This document shows positions 1 to 20,385 of a stretch of 64,000 nt of DNA, one piece after another. Location: positions 434,001 to 498,000 of the forward strand of contig OZ024749.1 in the NCBI GenBank assembly GCA_964016885.1. Direction: 5' to 3'. The position numbers and the translations under genes are program-made. Position 1 is the stretch's first letter, and the number at the start of each line of letters is the position of its first letter. This DNA comes from Eledone cirrhosa (lineage: Eukaryota). The notes beneath the pieces are model-generated. The model did not search any database. It saw only the letters and a program-made list of their open reading frames with translations, and was not told the origin of the DNA.

Positions 1-1539
1 AGATTTCACTGTCAAGGTTGCCGTATCGATTGACAGTGCTTCCCAGGTAGACAAACTGATCAACCACTCCAAGTCGTTTGCCATACACATAGATGTTTGG
101 TTCAGTGTACTGCCTACCAGGTGCAGGCTGGTACATGACGACGGTTTTCTTGAGACTGACAGTCAAACCCAGGGCAGTGCAAGCGTCAGAAAATACATTC
201 AAAATGTGCTGCATATCACTCTCTGTGTGCGCTACAAGATCGCAATCATCTGCATACAAGAGGTCTCTTATGACTGATGTAAATACTTTTGTCTTCGCAG
301 CAAAGCGCCTGATGTTAAATATGCTGCCTGAGGTTCGATATCGGATGTAAACACCATGCTCGCAATTCCTGAATGCAATACAGAAAACCATTGCAAAGTA
401 TATGGCAAACAGGGTCGGTGCTGGAATATCCCCCTGTTTCACTCCATTTTTTACTGAGATAGGCTCCGACATGTTACCTCCGACATTAACCCAAGCCTTC
501 ATGTCGTCATGGAAAGACCTAACTAAAGCAAGGAACTTATCAGGGCAACCAAGTTTCTGGAGAACCTTCCATAATGCATCTCTGTTGACAGTATCGAAAG
601 CCTTTGTCAGATCGACAAAAACCTGATACAGATCCAAGCCCTGTTCAATGCACTTCTCCTGGAGCTGTCTAGCTGAGAAGATCATATCAGTAGTGCCGCG
701 TCCAACACGAAAACCAGATTGACTTTCAGGAAGGACACAATCTGCAATGTGTGTCAGCAGACGGTCCAGAAGCACCCTACATAAAACTTTCCCCACGACA
801 GAAAGCAATGATATACCTCTGTAGTTCCCACAATCATTCCTGTTACCCTTTCCCTTGTACAAGACCACCATTACTGCATCTCTCCAGTCCTCAGGCACGG
901 ATTCATTAGCCCATATCCCTCCAAACAGAGAGTGAAGATGTTGCAGGAGTCTCTCACCACCATATTGTAGGAGCTCAGCATGTATGCCATCCATACCTGG
1001 AGATCTTCCACTGTTCAGCTTCGAAATAGCCACTGCAACCTCCACAAGTGTCGGAGGTTCTGCGAGAGCTACTTTCACAGGACTTTCCGGAATGAGATTG
1101 AGGAAATCTTCACTGACGACAGACGGCTGATTCAAAAGATCATCAAAGTGCTCTCGCCACCTTCGTAGAATTCCCTGTGAGTCACGAAGAAGTTCTTTGC
1201 CATCCTTGCTGCGAATCGGTGTCACCAGAGAAGAAGACGGTCCATAAACCTCACGCAAGAGACTGTACAACAGCTTTGTGTTATTGCAATCAGACGCAGT
1301 TTGTATCTCACCAGCCTTCTCACTCCACCACTGATCCTTCATCTGAGAAAGACTCCGCCTAAAACGTGATTTTACATCCCTGAGCTCCTCATGCAACGTA
1401 TTCCTCTCCTGTGGTTTTGCCGTCAAGTAGCGTGACAGAGCGCGCCTCTTATCAGCCAACAAGTCATCTATATGCACATCCTTCTCATCAAACCAGTCCT
1501 GATGTTTTCTCTGCACCAATCCCAGAACACGTCTGCCTA
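1..1539 (-). mobile_element. RTE-clade (BovB/Expander-like) LINE reverse transcriptase fragment, 5'-truncated at a TA array and running off the window edge
   Basis: Manual minus-strand translation gives [36 protein letters not shown] and FVYLGS. It is probably absent from the ORF track because it has no stop inside the window. Confidence 0.9.
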
Positions 1540-4150
<2,611 letters not shown>

Positions 4151-7100
4151 ACTTTGAATAACTTTGAAATGTTTTGGCCAGTATTGGCCCAGGCCATGTC
4201 TAACTTAATAGCACCACCTGGCGAAGTCTTTCAATTCAGGATTTGGGCACCATGGCCCATTCGAGAAGAGAATTACTGTTTGCGGAGACATATCCGGATG
4301 TGGGTGGTTTGTCCGGGATTACTTGGAGGAATTTGTCCAAAGACTTCTTGAATTTTGTGTGGTCAGTTTCTGTTTTGACGTGTCCTGGTGTGATGTTGAA
4401 GAGAGCAGGGCCAATTGAGGTGAAATAATTATGCCGTATTGTTGTTATGAGTTGCGATTTAGATTTTTCTTTGGGACGGATAGCACGGGGCCCAAGCCTT
4501 GGGTGTATTTTGAAGGCGATGCCAACATCATTTGGGCAGTGATGATGGAACATTTTCCACATCATGCAGATAATATAACGATCACGGCGACGTTGGAGTG
4601 AATAAAGTTTCACCTTTTCTAGTCGACCCCAGTAGTCAAGGTCTGACATGCCATCTATCTTTTTCGTGATTGCCCTTTGAGGAGCTTCAAGTTTCATGAT
4701 ACTTTGTTTCGTGTGGGGAGACCACAGTGGACAACAGTATTCAAGGTGTGGTCGGGCAAAAGTAGAGAAGAGAAGGATAATGGTGTGGGAATCTCTCGAC
4801 TGGAAGGTTCTGAGGATCCAGGAACACATTCTGCGGGCCATGTCAACTTTGCTGCTTATATGCGTGGCCCAGCTTATGTTGCTGTCCACGGTTACTCCCA
4901 AGTCTCTGATGTTGTTAGATGCCACGAGAGTTTCACCGGAGGGAAGGGTGTACGGGAGTTTCAGAGCATCCTCTTTTCCAAAGTGGATCAGTTCGAATTT
5001 GTCTTCGTTCAGTAACATGTTGTTCTTTTCCGCCCATTGGGTAACAGCCAGTAGGTCTGACTGAAGGCTTATCCGGTCATCCACGCCATTGATGACCTTT
5101 TGGAGCTTGGAATCATCAGCAAATATTTTAATGTTGCTGTGTTTGATGATGTCAGTGATGTCATTAATATAGATGATGAAGAGAAGTGGGCCCAACACAG
5201 TGCCTTGTGGGACCCCACTACTGACTTTGGCTGGGCTGGATTTGACTCCTTCAACTACAACATGTTGGGTTCTGTTTGACAGGAAGCTCTTGATCCACTG
5301 CAGCAGCTTTCCAGTGACACCAATATTGGACAGCTTTCTCAGTAGAATGTTGTGATCAACCCTGTCAAAGGCCTTGCTGAAATCAAGGTAGATAACATCA
5401 GTGTTGGCACCCTCTCCCAAGGCTCTCAAAATGTCATCAAAGTGATGCAGTAGCTGCGTCAGGCAATCCCTTCCATTACGGAATCCATGCTGGTTGGAGT
5501 TCAGCATATTGTTACTCTCAAGGAAGTGGGTCATTCGCGATCTCACCACTCACTCAAATACCTTAATGATATGAGAGGTGAGTGAGATTGGACGGTAATT
5601 CACGGCAAGGGATTTGTTTCCTTTTTTGAAAACTGGGACAACAGACTGGGATAGAAGGTTTTCTGGCACATATCCAGCATCCAGTGAGTTCCGCCACAGA
5701 TTGGCAAGAGGAGATGCAAGTTGGTGTTGACACGCCTTCAAGACACAAGCAGGGAACCTATCGGGACCTACTGCTGAATTATGCTTGATTTCCTTTATTG
5801 CCGCTAAGACATCAGGGGCGCCAGACGTTATGTCCGATAAGGTGTAATGGGGAGTAACATCGCCGATACAGCCCAGATCGGCCATATCAGGATTGCTGAA
5901 AACAGAGCAGTATTGTTTCTGCAGTATCTCACCCATGGTTTTAGCATTGTCTTGAAGAGTGCCATTTTCATCAATTAGAGGGCCAACAGTTGAGCCAGTG
6001 ATTTTGTATTTTTTTGCAAATGAAAAGAACACTTTGGGATTGAGTTTGATCTTCTCAATGGCCCAGGCCTCTTCAGCTCTTCTCTGATTGTTGATGATAG
6101 ACATCATGTTGTTTTGGAGATTATGTGTTTTAATCTCTAGTGATGAAATGGCAGTCAAGTTGATGTGTTGCTGCTGACAGTATTTCAGCTTGTTGATTTT
6201 TTTGTTCGTTCTCTTAATTTTCCTGATGAGCGTTTTTCTATTTCTAGGGATTCTGCTCTTAGATTTGTTTATAGTTCTTAATGGGGTGTGTTTTGCACAT
6301 ATGTTTGTAACAGTGTCCACAAATGTCTGCCAGGACTTTTTGATGTTAGTGGGTGTATGAGTGTGCGTGAAGGACCAGTCGACATGTGCAAGATCATGAC
6401 TGATCGCTTCCCAGTTTGCATTGTGGAAATCCATAGCGTCAAACGGATGGACAGGAGAGATGACATTGGGTTTGTATATTGGACGGTGGAATCTCAGATC
6501 ACAGAGAACCATGTCATGATCAGAGAGTAGAGTTTTCTCCACTGCAATATTGTGGATATTGTCAGTGTGATTGCTGAAAGTTAAGTCTAGGACGTTTTTG
6601 TGGCACCTCGTTGGTTCGAGCACCAGTTGGGATAGGAAGAAATCATCCATGAAGTCAAGAAGCGATTCCACAGCTTCCCTGTCAGAGGTTGAGGCAGAAG
6701 AACCTGGTGGCAGGCTGTTTGTGGACCAGTCAACTCCGGGGAGGTTGAAGTCCCCCATCATTAAGATGTTGTCAGGGTGACACTCTTGGATGAAACACTT
6801 TATGCTGTTGAGGCATTCCTTGAAGCATGGTACAGGCGTTTGGGGTGGCCTATAGAGCCCAACTACTATTAGGTTGTTGGTTTGACTGAATACAGTGACT
6901 GCTTCGCAGTATCCATTAGTGAATATGTTCATAGCATTTGTTGAGAAAGAATTATGGACATAAATGGCAGTCCCGCCCTTTCTTCTGCCAGCGCGTTCAG
7001 CACGGATGGCTTTGAAATTTTTCACTTTCACCTCGGCTTCCAAGTGGAGGTTACTGAGATGGGTTTCAGTGAGGACGAAGAAAGGGATGTGGTTTGGATG

Positions 7101-7240
7101 GACATCAATCCAGTCCTCCAGGAATTTGATCTTCCATTTTTGAGTATTGGTGGAAGGGCTGATGCCTTGGGCGTTAAGCAAAAATGTAGAGGCGAGAGTG
7201 GATGGTTTTAATTGTTTTGGTGTGTTGTTAATTTGTTTAA
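4151..7240 (-). mobile_element. CR1/L2-group LINE, near-complete ORF2 (AP endonuclease + RT) broken by one in-frame TGA at 5550-5552
   Basis: Endonuclease motifs LTETHL, YRPP, GDFNLP, SDHD. RT motifs DFSKAFD, SGVPQGTVLGP, FADD, RPHLEY. ORFs 5550..8006 and 4236..5549 are contiguous and in frame (KVFE*VVR). The real coding part starts near 7240. Confidence 0.92.
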
Positions 7241-7290
7241 TATGTATATGTATATATATATATGTATGTATATATATATATATATGTATG

Positions 7291-7321
<31 letters not shown>

Positions 7322-7413
7322 GTATATGTATATATATGTATATGTAAATATATGTATATGTATATATATGTATATGTATATATATGTATATGTATATATA
7401 TACATATATATAC

Positions 7414-7444
<31 letters not shown>

Positions 7445-7474
7445 CATATATATACATATATACATATACATATA

Positions 7475-7508
<34 letters not shown>

Positions 7509-7947
7509 GATATATATATATATACATATATATATACATATATATATACATACATATATATATACATATATATATACATACATATATATATACATATATA
7601 TATACATATATATATACATACATATATATATACATATATATATACATACATATATATATATAGATATATATATATATACATATATATATACATATATATA
7701 TACATACATATATATATAAATATATATATACATACATATATATATACATACATATATATATACATATATATATATACATATATATACATATATATACATA
7801 TACATATATATACACATATATATATATACATATATATACATATACATATATATACACACATATATATATATATACATATATATACATATACATACATATA
7901 CATATATATATATATATATATACATACCCTCCCAAAGTATAACAATA

Positions 7948-7981
<34 letters not shown>

Positions 7982-8040
7982 CATATACATATATATACAT
8001 ATACATATATATACATATATATATATATATACATATACAT
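7241..8040. repeat. Degenerate (TA)n array containing a 19-bp PLE terminal stub (7926-7944)
   Basis: TA array. ccctcccaaagtataacaa is identical to the PLE terminus at 17083-17101. Confidence 0.9.
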
Positions 8041-9076
8041 CATCATCATCATCATCATCACCGTTTTACGTCCGTTCTTCCACGCTAGCATGGGTTAGAC
8101 GGGTTGTCCTGTTGTGGGCAGTGTCTGGTCGGCTGACCATGCCTTGCTCATACAGGAACTGATCTGGCTTGATTTCTACAGCTGGATGCCCTTCCTAACA
8201 CCAACCTCATTTACAGTGAGTGCTGGGTGCTTTTTCGTGGCGCCTACACGTCCACTCTACAGTGTGGGCTGGGTGCTTTTTTGCCGTGGCACCTCCACGG
8301 CCACCTTGCGGTGGAGGGGGGGGGGGCATATTGTTTATATGCTTCAGCATGTACCCATGGGAGGTCGGGTACCCTGTATTACTGCGTGACGCCAGAAGTC
8401 ACGGTCGTGTGTCATTGACTTTGAGAGGTGTAGTTGGGTAAGGTCGGCTTTTATCACCTCATCCCAAGTCATCTTGGGTCTCCCCACTCCGCGGTTTCCA
8501 TCAACTTCTAGTGCTCTGCACCTTTTTATGCAGCTGTCATCCTTCATACGCATCACATGTCCATACCAGCGTAACCGCCTCTCCTGCACGCAGCATTTGA
8601 TTCCTCTTATGCTCAGTCTCTCTCTCAATTCCTTTATGCTTTGTCGTTCACGTATATTACTGTTACACATCCATCGGAGCATGCAGGCTTCGTTTCTCTC
8701 TAATCTACGTAAGTCTTCCACCTTCAGCGCCCAGGTCTCACTACCATGCAACATCGCTGTTCGGATACACGCATCATACAGTCTGCCTTTCATTCTGAGG
8801 GAGAAGCCTTTTGCAGCTAGCAGTGGTAGTAGTTCCCTAAACTTCTTCCATCCCGTTCTTACCCTAGTTATTGTACTTTCTGAGCACCCACCTCCGTTGC
8901 TAATTCGGTCACCTAGGTAGCAGAAGCTGTCTACTGTTTCTACAGGGCCCTCCCAGAGATTGGTGGTACTTGTTTCCTGTGGCTGTTTGCTTGCTGTTTC
9001 AGCACAGCTGCTGCATGTGAATCCTACATTCTTAATTAAGCTTCCTGAGATCCCGCTACATCTCTTGTGTACCCAT
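8041..9076 (-). mobile_element. RTE LINE family A, 5'-truncated copy with (GAT)n tail
   Basis: [33 protein letters not shown]. Near-identical to the 3' part of 9986-13017. (CAT)n at 8041. Confidence 0.93.
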
Positions 9077-9180
9077 ACATATACATATATATACATATAT
9101 ACATATATACATATATATACATATATATATACATATACATATATATACATATATATATATATACATATACATATATATAC

Positions 9181-9212
<32 letters not shown>

Positions 9213-9336
9213 ACATATACATATATATACATATACATATATATACATATATATATATATACATATATATACATATATATATATACATATATATACATAC
9301 ATATATATATACATATATATACATACATATATATAC

Positions 9337-9373
<37 letters not shown>

Positions 9374-9558
9374 CATATATATACATACATATATATATAC
9401 ATATATATACATACATATATATATACATATATATACATACATATATATATACATATATATACATACATATATATACATATATATACATACATATATATAC
9501 ATATATATACATACATATATATACATATATATACATACATATATATACATATACATAT
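9077..9558. repeat. Degenerate (TA)n array
   Basis: Visible. Confidence 0.95.
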
Positions 9559-9985
9559 AACACTTTCTCTCGACTGACCTCTTCCTTGCACTTCCACTCA
9601 CTCTCTGTTTCTCCCCTTCTCACTTCCTCCCGTTCGCTAGGAGTCGGATTCCTTCTTTCTCACATCCCATTCACAGCGAAAGGTCTGTTTGCTAAGCGCT
9701 CATGAATTCACCCAGCTTATGCTGACCGAATAACCATGTTGCTTGTTTTTCTTCCCATCTTTGGTTAGCTTTTCCTTCTGTTGTTTACTTGTCTCACTCG
9801 CTTTACGCGTTTCACTTGTCCCAATAGCTTATTTTAGTTGTTGCTCGCACCAACGTGAGGTATATGATTTTTAATGCGATGAAATACCAATGATCGTTGG
9901 CAAATCACTGATGAGGGACTAATTTTATAATATGTAATCCATGTGCAACCATGCAGTATTCTTCTCCCCATATTTTTCATATATA

Positions 9986-12900
9986 TCATCATCATCATCA
10001 TCATCACCGTTTTACGTCCGTTCTTCCACGCTAGCATGGGTTAGACGGGTTGTCCTGTTGTGGGCAGTGTCTGGTCGGCTGACCATGCCTTGCTCATACA
10101 GGAACTGATCTGGCTTGATTTCTACAGCTGGATGCCCTTCCTAACACCAACCTCATTTACAGTGAGTGCTGGGTGCTTTTTCGTGGCGCCTACACGTCCA
10201 CTTTACAGTGTGGGCTGGGTGCTTTTTTGCCGTGGCACGTCCACGACCACCTTGCGGTGGGGGGAGTGGGGGCATGTTGTTTATATGCTTCAGCATGTAC
10301 CCATGGGAGGTCGGGTACCCTGTATTACTGCATGACGCCAGAAGTCGCGGTCGTGTGTCATTGACTTTGAGAGGTGTAGTTGGGTAAGGTCGGCTTTTAT
10401 CACCTCATCCCAAGTCATCTTGGGTCTCCCCACTCCGCGGTTTCCATCAACTTCTAGTGCTCTGCACCTTTTTATGCAACTGTCATCCTTCATACGCATC
10501 ACATGTCCATACCAGCGTAACCGCCTCTCCTGCACGCAGCATTTGATTCCTCTTATGCTCAGTCTCTCTCTCAATTCCTTTATGCTTTGTCGTTCACGTA
10601 TATTACTGTTACACATCCATCGGAGCATGCAGGCTTCGTTTCTCTCTAATCTACGTAAGTCTTCCACCTTCAGCACCCAGGTCTCACTACCATGCAACAT
10701 CGCTGTTCGGATACACGCATCATACAGTCTGCCTTTCATTCTGAGGGAGAAGCCTTTTGCAGCTAGCAGTGGTAGTAGTTCCCTAAACTTCTTCCATCCC
10801 GTTCTTACCCTAGTTATTGTACTTTCTGAGCACCCACCTCCGTTGCTAATTAGGTCACCTAGGTAGCAGAACCTGTCTACTGTTTCTACAGGGCCCTCCC
10901 AGAGATTGGTGGTACTTGTTTCCTGTGGCTGTTTGCTTGCTGTTTCAGCACAGCTGCTGCATGTGAATCCTACATTCTTAATTAAGCTTCCTGAGATCCC
11001 GCTACATCTCTTGTGTACCCATTGTTTGCATTTGGGGCAGAGAATGGAGTTCCTACCTACACCTTTCCTACATACTGAGCAAGGCCATTTCCCTGAGGGG
11101 ATCTGGGTTCTGTTTTCTCGTCTACTTACAAGGACCTTAGTCTTTGTCATGTTGACTTTGAGGCCCTTTCTCTCTAGTCCCTGCTTCCAGGTTTGGAATT
11201 TATTCTCTAGTTCTACCATAGATTCAGCTATGAGTGCGAGGTCATCAGCATACAGGAGTTCCCATGGGCATCCAGTCTTAAACTCCTCCGTTATTGCCTG
11301 CAGGACTATGATGAACAGGAGAGGGCTAAGAACAGAGCCCTGGTGGACCCCAACCTGTACGCTAAATTCCTCGCTATACTCATTGCTAATCCTAACTTTG
11401 CTGACTGCTCCCCTATACATGGCTTGTACCGCTTTCACAAGCCATTCATCTACTCCTAGTTTTCTAAGAGCCCACCAGATTACTGCACGTGGAACTCTGT
11501 CAAAGGCTTTCTCAAGGTCGACAAATGCCAAGTAGAGTGGCTTACTTTTAGCTAGGTACTTTTCCTGTAATTGCCTCACAAGGAAGAGGGCATCAGTGGT
11601 GCCTTTCCCTGGTACAAACCCAAATTGCATCTCGTCTATATTCACCCGGTCCCTAATCAGCTGTGCTATAACTCTTTCTGTTACTTTCATGACCTGGTCC
11701 ATCAACTTTATACCTCTATAGTTTCCTCTATCTAGTGCATCGCCTTTACCTTTGTAGCAGTTGACAATGATGCTACTGCACCAATCTTTTGGTATGGCCC
11801 CTTCTAGTATTACCTGGTTAACGATACGTGTGGTTATAGTGTGACCTACAGACCCAGATGCCTTCAGCATCTCGGCAGCTATACCCGATGGACCGGTTGC
11901 CTTCCCTATCTTCATATCTCTGATTGCCTTACTTACTACGCTGCCGCTGACTTGTACTGCTGGTCCCTCTATAGGGTCTACGTGGGGTAGGGTCTCTTCT
12001 TCCCATGCATTCTCCTCATTTAGTAATCTATCATAATGACTCTTCCATGCATCTTTCTTCTCAGCACTTGTGAGGGCAAGCTCACCTTTATCATTCCGGA
12101 TACACTTCTCTCCAATGACATCACAACTATCTCTGACACACTGCCTCGCAATCTTGAATACCTCCTGTTTCTGGTCCTCACGTTGTAAAACATGCTTGAA
12201 TTTTCTATCCTCTGCTTCCCTCCTAGCTAAGTATACTTGTCGCCTAGCTTCCCTCTTGGTCTCTATGTAATGTACCCTGCTCCCCCCGTTCTTCCATTCT
12301 TTCCATGCCTGTCGCTTGGCCTTGACTGCTTCATCTACCTTATTGTTCCACCACCAAGTCACTCTCCTCCTGCTTGAGGTCTTACTCCAGCCACAAACCT
12401 CATCCGTCGCCTCTAGTAAGTTATTTTTTAGGAACTCCCAGTTCTCTTCTACGTTAAATGTCTCTATCTGTTCTTCTTTACTGTCGTAGGCGTTGAGTAA
12501 AATATCTTTAAGTCTGTTACTGGTTGAGGGGACTTTCAGCTTCCAGATCTTTCTTCTCCAGGTTGGCCTCTGTTTCCGGGTTCGTCTAGTTCTGACCGTG
12601 AGGTCGCTGACAACTAAGCTATGTTGGGATGTACATTCCTCACTAGGGAAGGCTTTTGTGTTTACGACCGTCCATCTGTCACGTCCTCTGATGAGGATAA
12701 AATCTAACTGACTAGAGTGCTCCCCTGATCTATAGGTGATCAGGTGGTTGTCGGGTTTTTTAAAGTTTGTGTTACATATCGACATGTGATTGGCATCGCA
12801 GAATTCTAGAAGTCTGAATCCTTCCTCATTCCTTGTGCCAACTCCATGGCCTCCATGTACTCTATTGAAGCCGTCGCAGTGTTTACCTACGTGTCCGTTA

Positions 12901-13017
12901 AAATCTCCTGCAATGATTAGGAAGTCCTTGTCGTCTGTTAGAGCAGTAGTGTGTATTAGGGACTCGTAAAACCTATCCTTAAGTTCGTCTGGCAGCCCCG
13001 CTGCCAGACGAACTTAA
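9986..13017 (-). mobile_element. RTE LINE family A, long copy with an uninterrupted partial endonuclease + RT frame (~10290-12998), (GAT)n tail and a 5' foldback
   Basis: 831-aa ORF with FVDLEKAFD, QGSVLSP, LLYADD. The frame extends upstream through IAGDFNGHVG. 17-bp inverted repeat at the 5' junction. Confidence 0.95.
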
Positions 13018-14770
<1,753 letters not shown>

Positions 14771-14922
14771 ATACTTTGGGAGGGTCATGTTGCCAATAAG
14801 AAACACACGCACCAGTTGCTTTCACTTCAATTTATTATATATTTATAAATTTACAAATTTACAAACTTATAAATTTCTGGTTGGTTGGTTGGTTCCACAA
14901 CCAGATAGTTGTTTATATATAT

Positions 14923-14967
14923 AGTCATAGTCGTTTCGTCACACACTCTGTGACCTCTTCAGTGACT
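14923..14967 (-). ncRNA. Minimal hammerhead motif in PLE pLTR (left copy)
   Basis: Minus strand reads agtca CTGAAGA g gtcaca-gagtg-tgtgac GAAAC ga CTA tgact. Confidence 0.6.
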
Positions 14968-16899
14968 GGGGATTCCTTTCTTCGTTTCTGTGCCTTTCCT
15001 TTCTTCTATCCTACGCCATTTTGTTTCTGTGTGTGTGTTGTGTGCTCAGTTTGCGCATGCGCCACGTCCGGGTGTCTGTGTGTGTTTGTGTTCATTTTTC
15101 TATTTGTTTATTTATTTATTTATTTATTGTTGGTTGGTTGTTTGTTCTATGTGTGTGTGTGTTTTTATTTTGTCCTGTGTGTGTTTTCAATTGTAAGTTG
15201 TTTGTTCTATTTGTGTGTGTGTTTTCATTTTGTCCTTAATTGTAAGTTGTGATGTTGCTGTTCCACTCATATTTTCTATTTAATTTTGGTTTTAATTCTT
15301 TTATGCTTACTGCCTCTGTAATTTGCCTAAACATTGTGTCTTTTCTGTGTGTGGATTCTATTTTTATTTCTATGCTCTCTAATCTACCCCTGTGTTCTAT
15401 CTTAGCATGTTGGTAGAGCACAGATGATTCTTTATTATCTTGGAGGTCTCGCCAGTGTTCATTTATTCGTTCCCCTATACTACGAGCTGTCTCACCTATG
15501 TACACTATATTTTTGTTTCTACATTGTCCTTCAGTACATCTTATGCTATACACTACATTTCTAATTTTACAGTTAATATGGGGGCTTATTTTACAGGTTA
15601 TACATTTCTTATCTATACATGAGGGTCTTTGGAACGGGTATGTCTTGCTAATAAGTGTTTTTATGGAGGTACCAGGTCTTTCTACTATCTTAATATTGAG
15701 ATTATGTTTATTTAGGGCCCTTCTAAATTTGTAGGCTAGTTTGCCTCTAGGGGTTGTATTGATGAACATTACACTCTGGTATTTATTGCTATCATACCAT
15801 GAGTTTATTCTATTGGCCTTGTTCCTAGTTCTTTCTATTCTATTCCAAAATTTGCTCCTATACAAGGGGCAGGTCCCATTTATGTCATTATTTACCATTT
15901 TTTCCCATTTGGTTCTGGCTCCTTTATACACTCTGATTCTATCTCTCTGATTGTAGCCAGAGAACTGTATACGGTGGATGAAGTGTTGTATGTGTCTCTC
16001 TAGTTCTTCGGGGTTGCACATGCGGGACACATTTCTCATCACCCGTACCAAATCCGCAATCAGTATGTTGATTTTGGTATGGTCCGAAATGGCCGAGTTT
16101 CGGTGGATCAGATGTTTGGAAGTCATGGGTTTGGCATAATGGGAATGGAGGATTTGTTTTTGGTTGTTAATGGTATCTAACCAGAGCTCTGTGTCTAGTA
16201 CAGGTAATCGATGGTTGGGGTGTCTATTTGGGTAGTCTATAGTAACACTAATGCTCTGGTGGATGGAGTTTGCTATTTGCTGGATGCTTTCCATTGTGTT
16301 TTTCTCTAGTTTCTGACTGTTCTTTAGTGGGGGTGTCTTAACTACGATGTTTATATCATCTACGTAGCGGGAGTACATTATCAGGGTTAAGCTGTCTTCT
16401 AATTGTTCATTAAGTTTTTGTTTAAGTCTACTGCCCACCATACCATGAATAAGTTAGCTATGTCTCCTGCAATGCTAACACCAATGGCTGCTCCTTCCTC
16501 TTGGGCATATGTTTTACCATTAAATTTGAACATATGTTCCTTAAGGGTTAATTTTATGCTGGCCCCTACCGCATGTGCAATCATTTTCTTCAGTTCATCG
16601 TGGTTTTCGGGTGTCCGTATGGCTCTGGTCCACCCGTTCCATCTATCTGTGTGGGTTTTCTTGGCCATTGAGGTAATGGTAGGTGGTCTGCCTCTTGCTG
16701 GTCTTGTAGGGCACAGGTTGCTAAGGTCATAAGTGTCTAGGTAATTATTACTATGGGTAAGCTTAAGTAGAAGTCCCAGCTCACTGGTATCAATCCCACG
16801 GAACTCAACCTTGCTCTCGCTGATGTCAACACACACACAGAAACAAAATGGCGTAGGATAGAAGAAAGGAAAGGCACAGAAACGAAGAAAGGAATCCCC

Positions 16900-16944
16900 A
16901 GTCACTGAAGAGGTCACAGAGTGTGTGACGAAAGGACTATGACT
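16900..16944 (+). ncRNA. Minimal hammerhead motif in PLE pLTR (right, inverted copy)
   Basis: agtca CTGAAGA g gtcaca-gagtg-tgtgac GAAAG ga CTA tgact. Stem I is agtca/tgact. Confidence 0.65.
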
Positions 16945-17096
16945 ATATATATAAACAACTATCTGGTTGTGGAACCAACCAACCAACCAGAAACTTATAA
17001 GTTTGTAAATTTGTAAATTTATAAATATATAATAAATTAAAGTGAAAGCAACTGGTGCGTGTGTTTCTTATTGGCAACATGACCCTCCCAAAGTAT

Positions 17097-18883
<1,787 letters not shown>

Positions 18884-18922
18884 AGAATTATAAGAATCAA
18901 AGAACTGTTCAAAACATTTTTA

Positions 18923-18969
18923 TGCTTACAACTGTTTCCTCCAAACCGAGGTTTGGATTCTTCGGAGCA
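18923..18969 (-). ncRNA. Variant hammerhead motif (CCGAAGA core) in the 3' pLTR of the Naiad-like PLE
   Basis: Minus strand reads tgct CCGAAGA a tccaaacc-tc-ggtttgga g GAAAC agtt GTA agca. Confidence 0.6.
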
Positions 18970-20385
18970 ATTTATTATTGAATGAACACTTATATGACCT
19001 CCTTTTCACCCAAGAGGCATACAGATACATATGCAAATATTGTGGGTCAACATTCATTACAGCGTTTAGAGTGGTAGTACACACTTAGAGATTACATTCA
19101 TATTAAAAGATACAATCAAAAATACAGGTTAAAATACATGAAAATAAGCGGTTATATAGTGCAAAGGTTATATGTGTGGCAAGCACGTGCGTCTTGGTTA
19201 TATAGTGTGGCAGAGAGTTACTTGTAGTAGAAGCACTTAAGTAGGTAAACAAGAGTGTTAGGTTGGTTGATCTGGTGACAAATTCTTTATATGATTGTTA
19301 TAGTCTGTGTGTGGAGAAATAATATAAGTATTAAAAATAGTGTAAGCATTAAAAATATTGGAAATGCGCAGCGAAGCGATATGGACTTCATGCACTTCGA
19401 CATTTTCATAGTCTGGGGAGCGTATTTTTCAGATTATATGCCCCTCACATATTCCACGGCGATTCGATATTGGGCATTTGACAATCCAGTTAGAGAATCG
19501 TAGTCTGATGTTCTTTAGTTCAATACAGTAGTATGTTACGTTTCGAGAATCAACATCGAAATACTACCCGGAAGTGTGTGTGTGGATAAGGGGAGTTAAT
19601 GCATGAGGGGAGGTAACTCCGTGGTTTCTATTACTAACTATTAGAATGTGTCTCAAAATAGACCCTAACTTATATGGTTATGCGCAATTTCTAAAAAATT
19701 TCTAAAAATTTAGAGTGTTTTAACTATAGAGTAGTCTATTAAGTTGTGCTGAAGGTGTTCTTATTATTATGGTGATTAACCCCCATCGTAGAGTGCCACA
19801 AATGAATATTATACATGACGAGCGAGGATTCTAAATTAATGATCTCTGTGGTTGCAGTCTACTCAAAGGACCAGGCACGGTGATTGCAGAATCACTTCAA
19901 GACACAATGATCTCTGGTAAGTTCTGGGTCATCGCTTGCTACATTGGATGTCACCAGGGCCGACCAGAGGTTAATCTACCGTCCTCATGACTAGAATCTG
20001 GCCATCAAATCATCCATATATGTACAACCCATACGCCACTTGCAATACATTCATTCACTGCACTCAGCGTACCGGTCATACTGCTCATCAGCGTTACTAG
20101 ATTAATTCGTTTTTCATTTGTCCAACGATGGCACTTCTTCCGCACAGCAGCAACAAGACAATCAATTCAATGCTTAAATTAACTATAAAGTGGTGTAGTG
20201 CAGTTCAAGCGAGTGGCTGTTGTCACACCTAAAGTAGAGGTACAAATGGGTATTCCCCCTGTGAAGGGTTCTAGAGGGAAGTCGCTGTTTGCGTTATATT
20301 AGATCAGTGAGTGTTGGGTATGTGGTATAAGGTGTGCCCCTGGTGTTTGATGCTAGAGGTGGTGTTTGGTTCAAGTCCGACATTG

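Noticed and set aside
93-1362. Short plus-strand ORFs
   Set aside because: They are antisense shadows of the minus-strand RTE reverse transcriptase.
5550-5552. In-frame TGA in LINE ORF2 as possible selenocysteine or readthrough
   Set aside because: It falls at the conserved Arg of KVFER, so a CGA>TGA CpG transition is the simplest explanation.
20040-20100. CTGATGAG on the minus strand as an additional hammerhead
   Set aside because: No properly placed GAAA or closing stems could be found.
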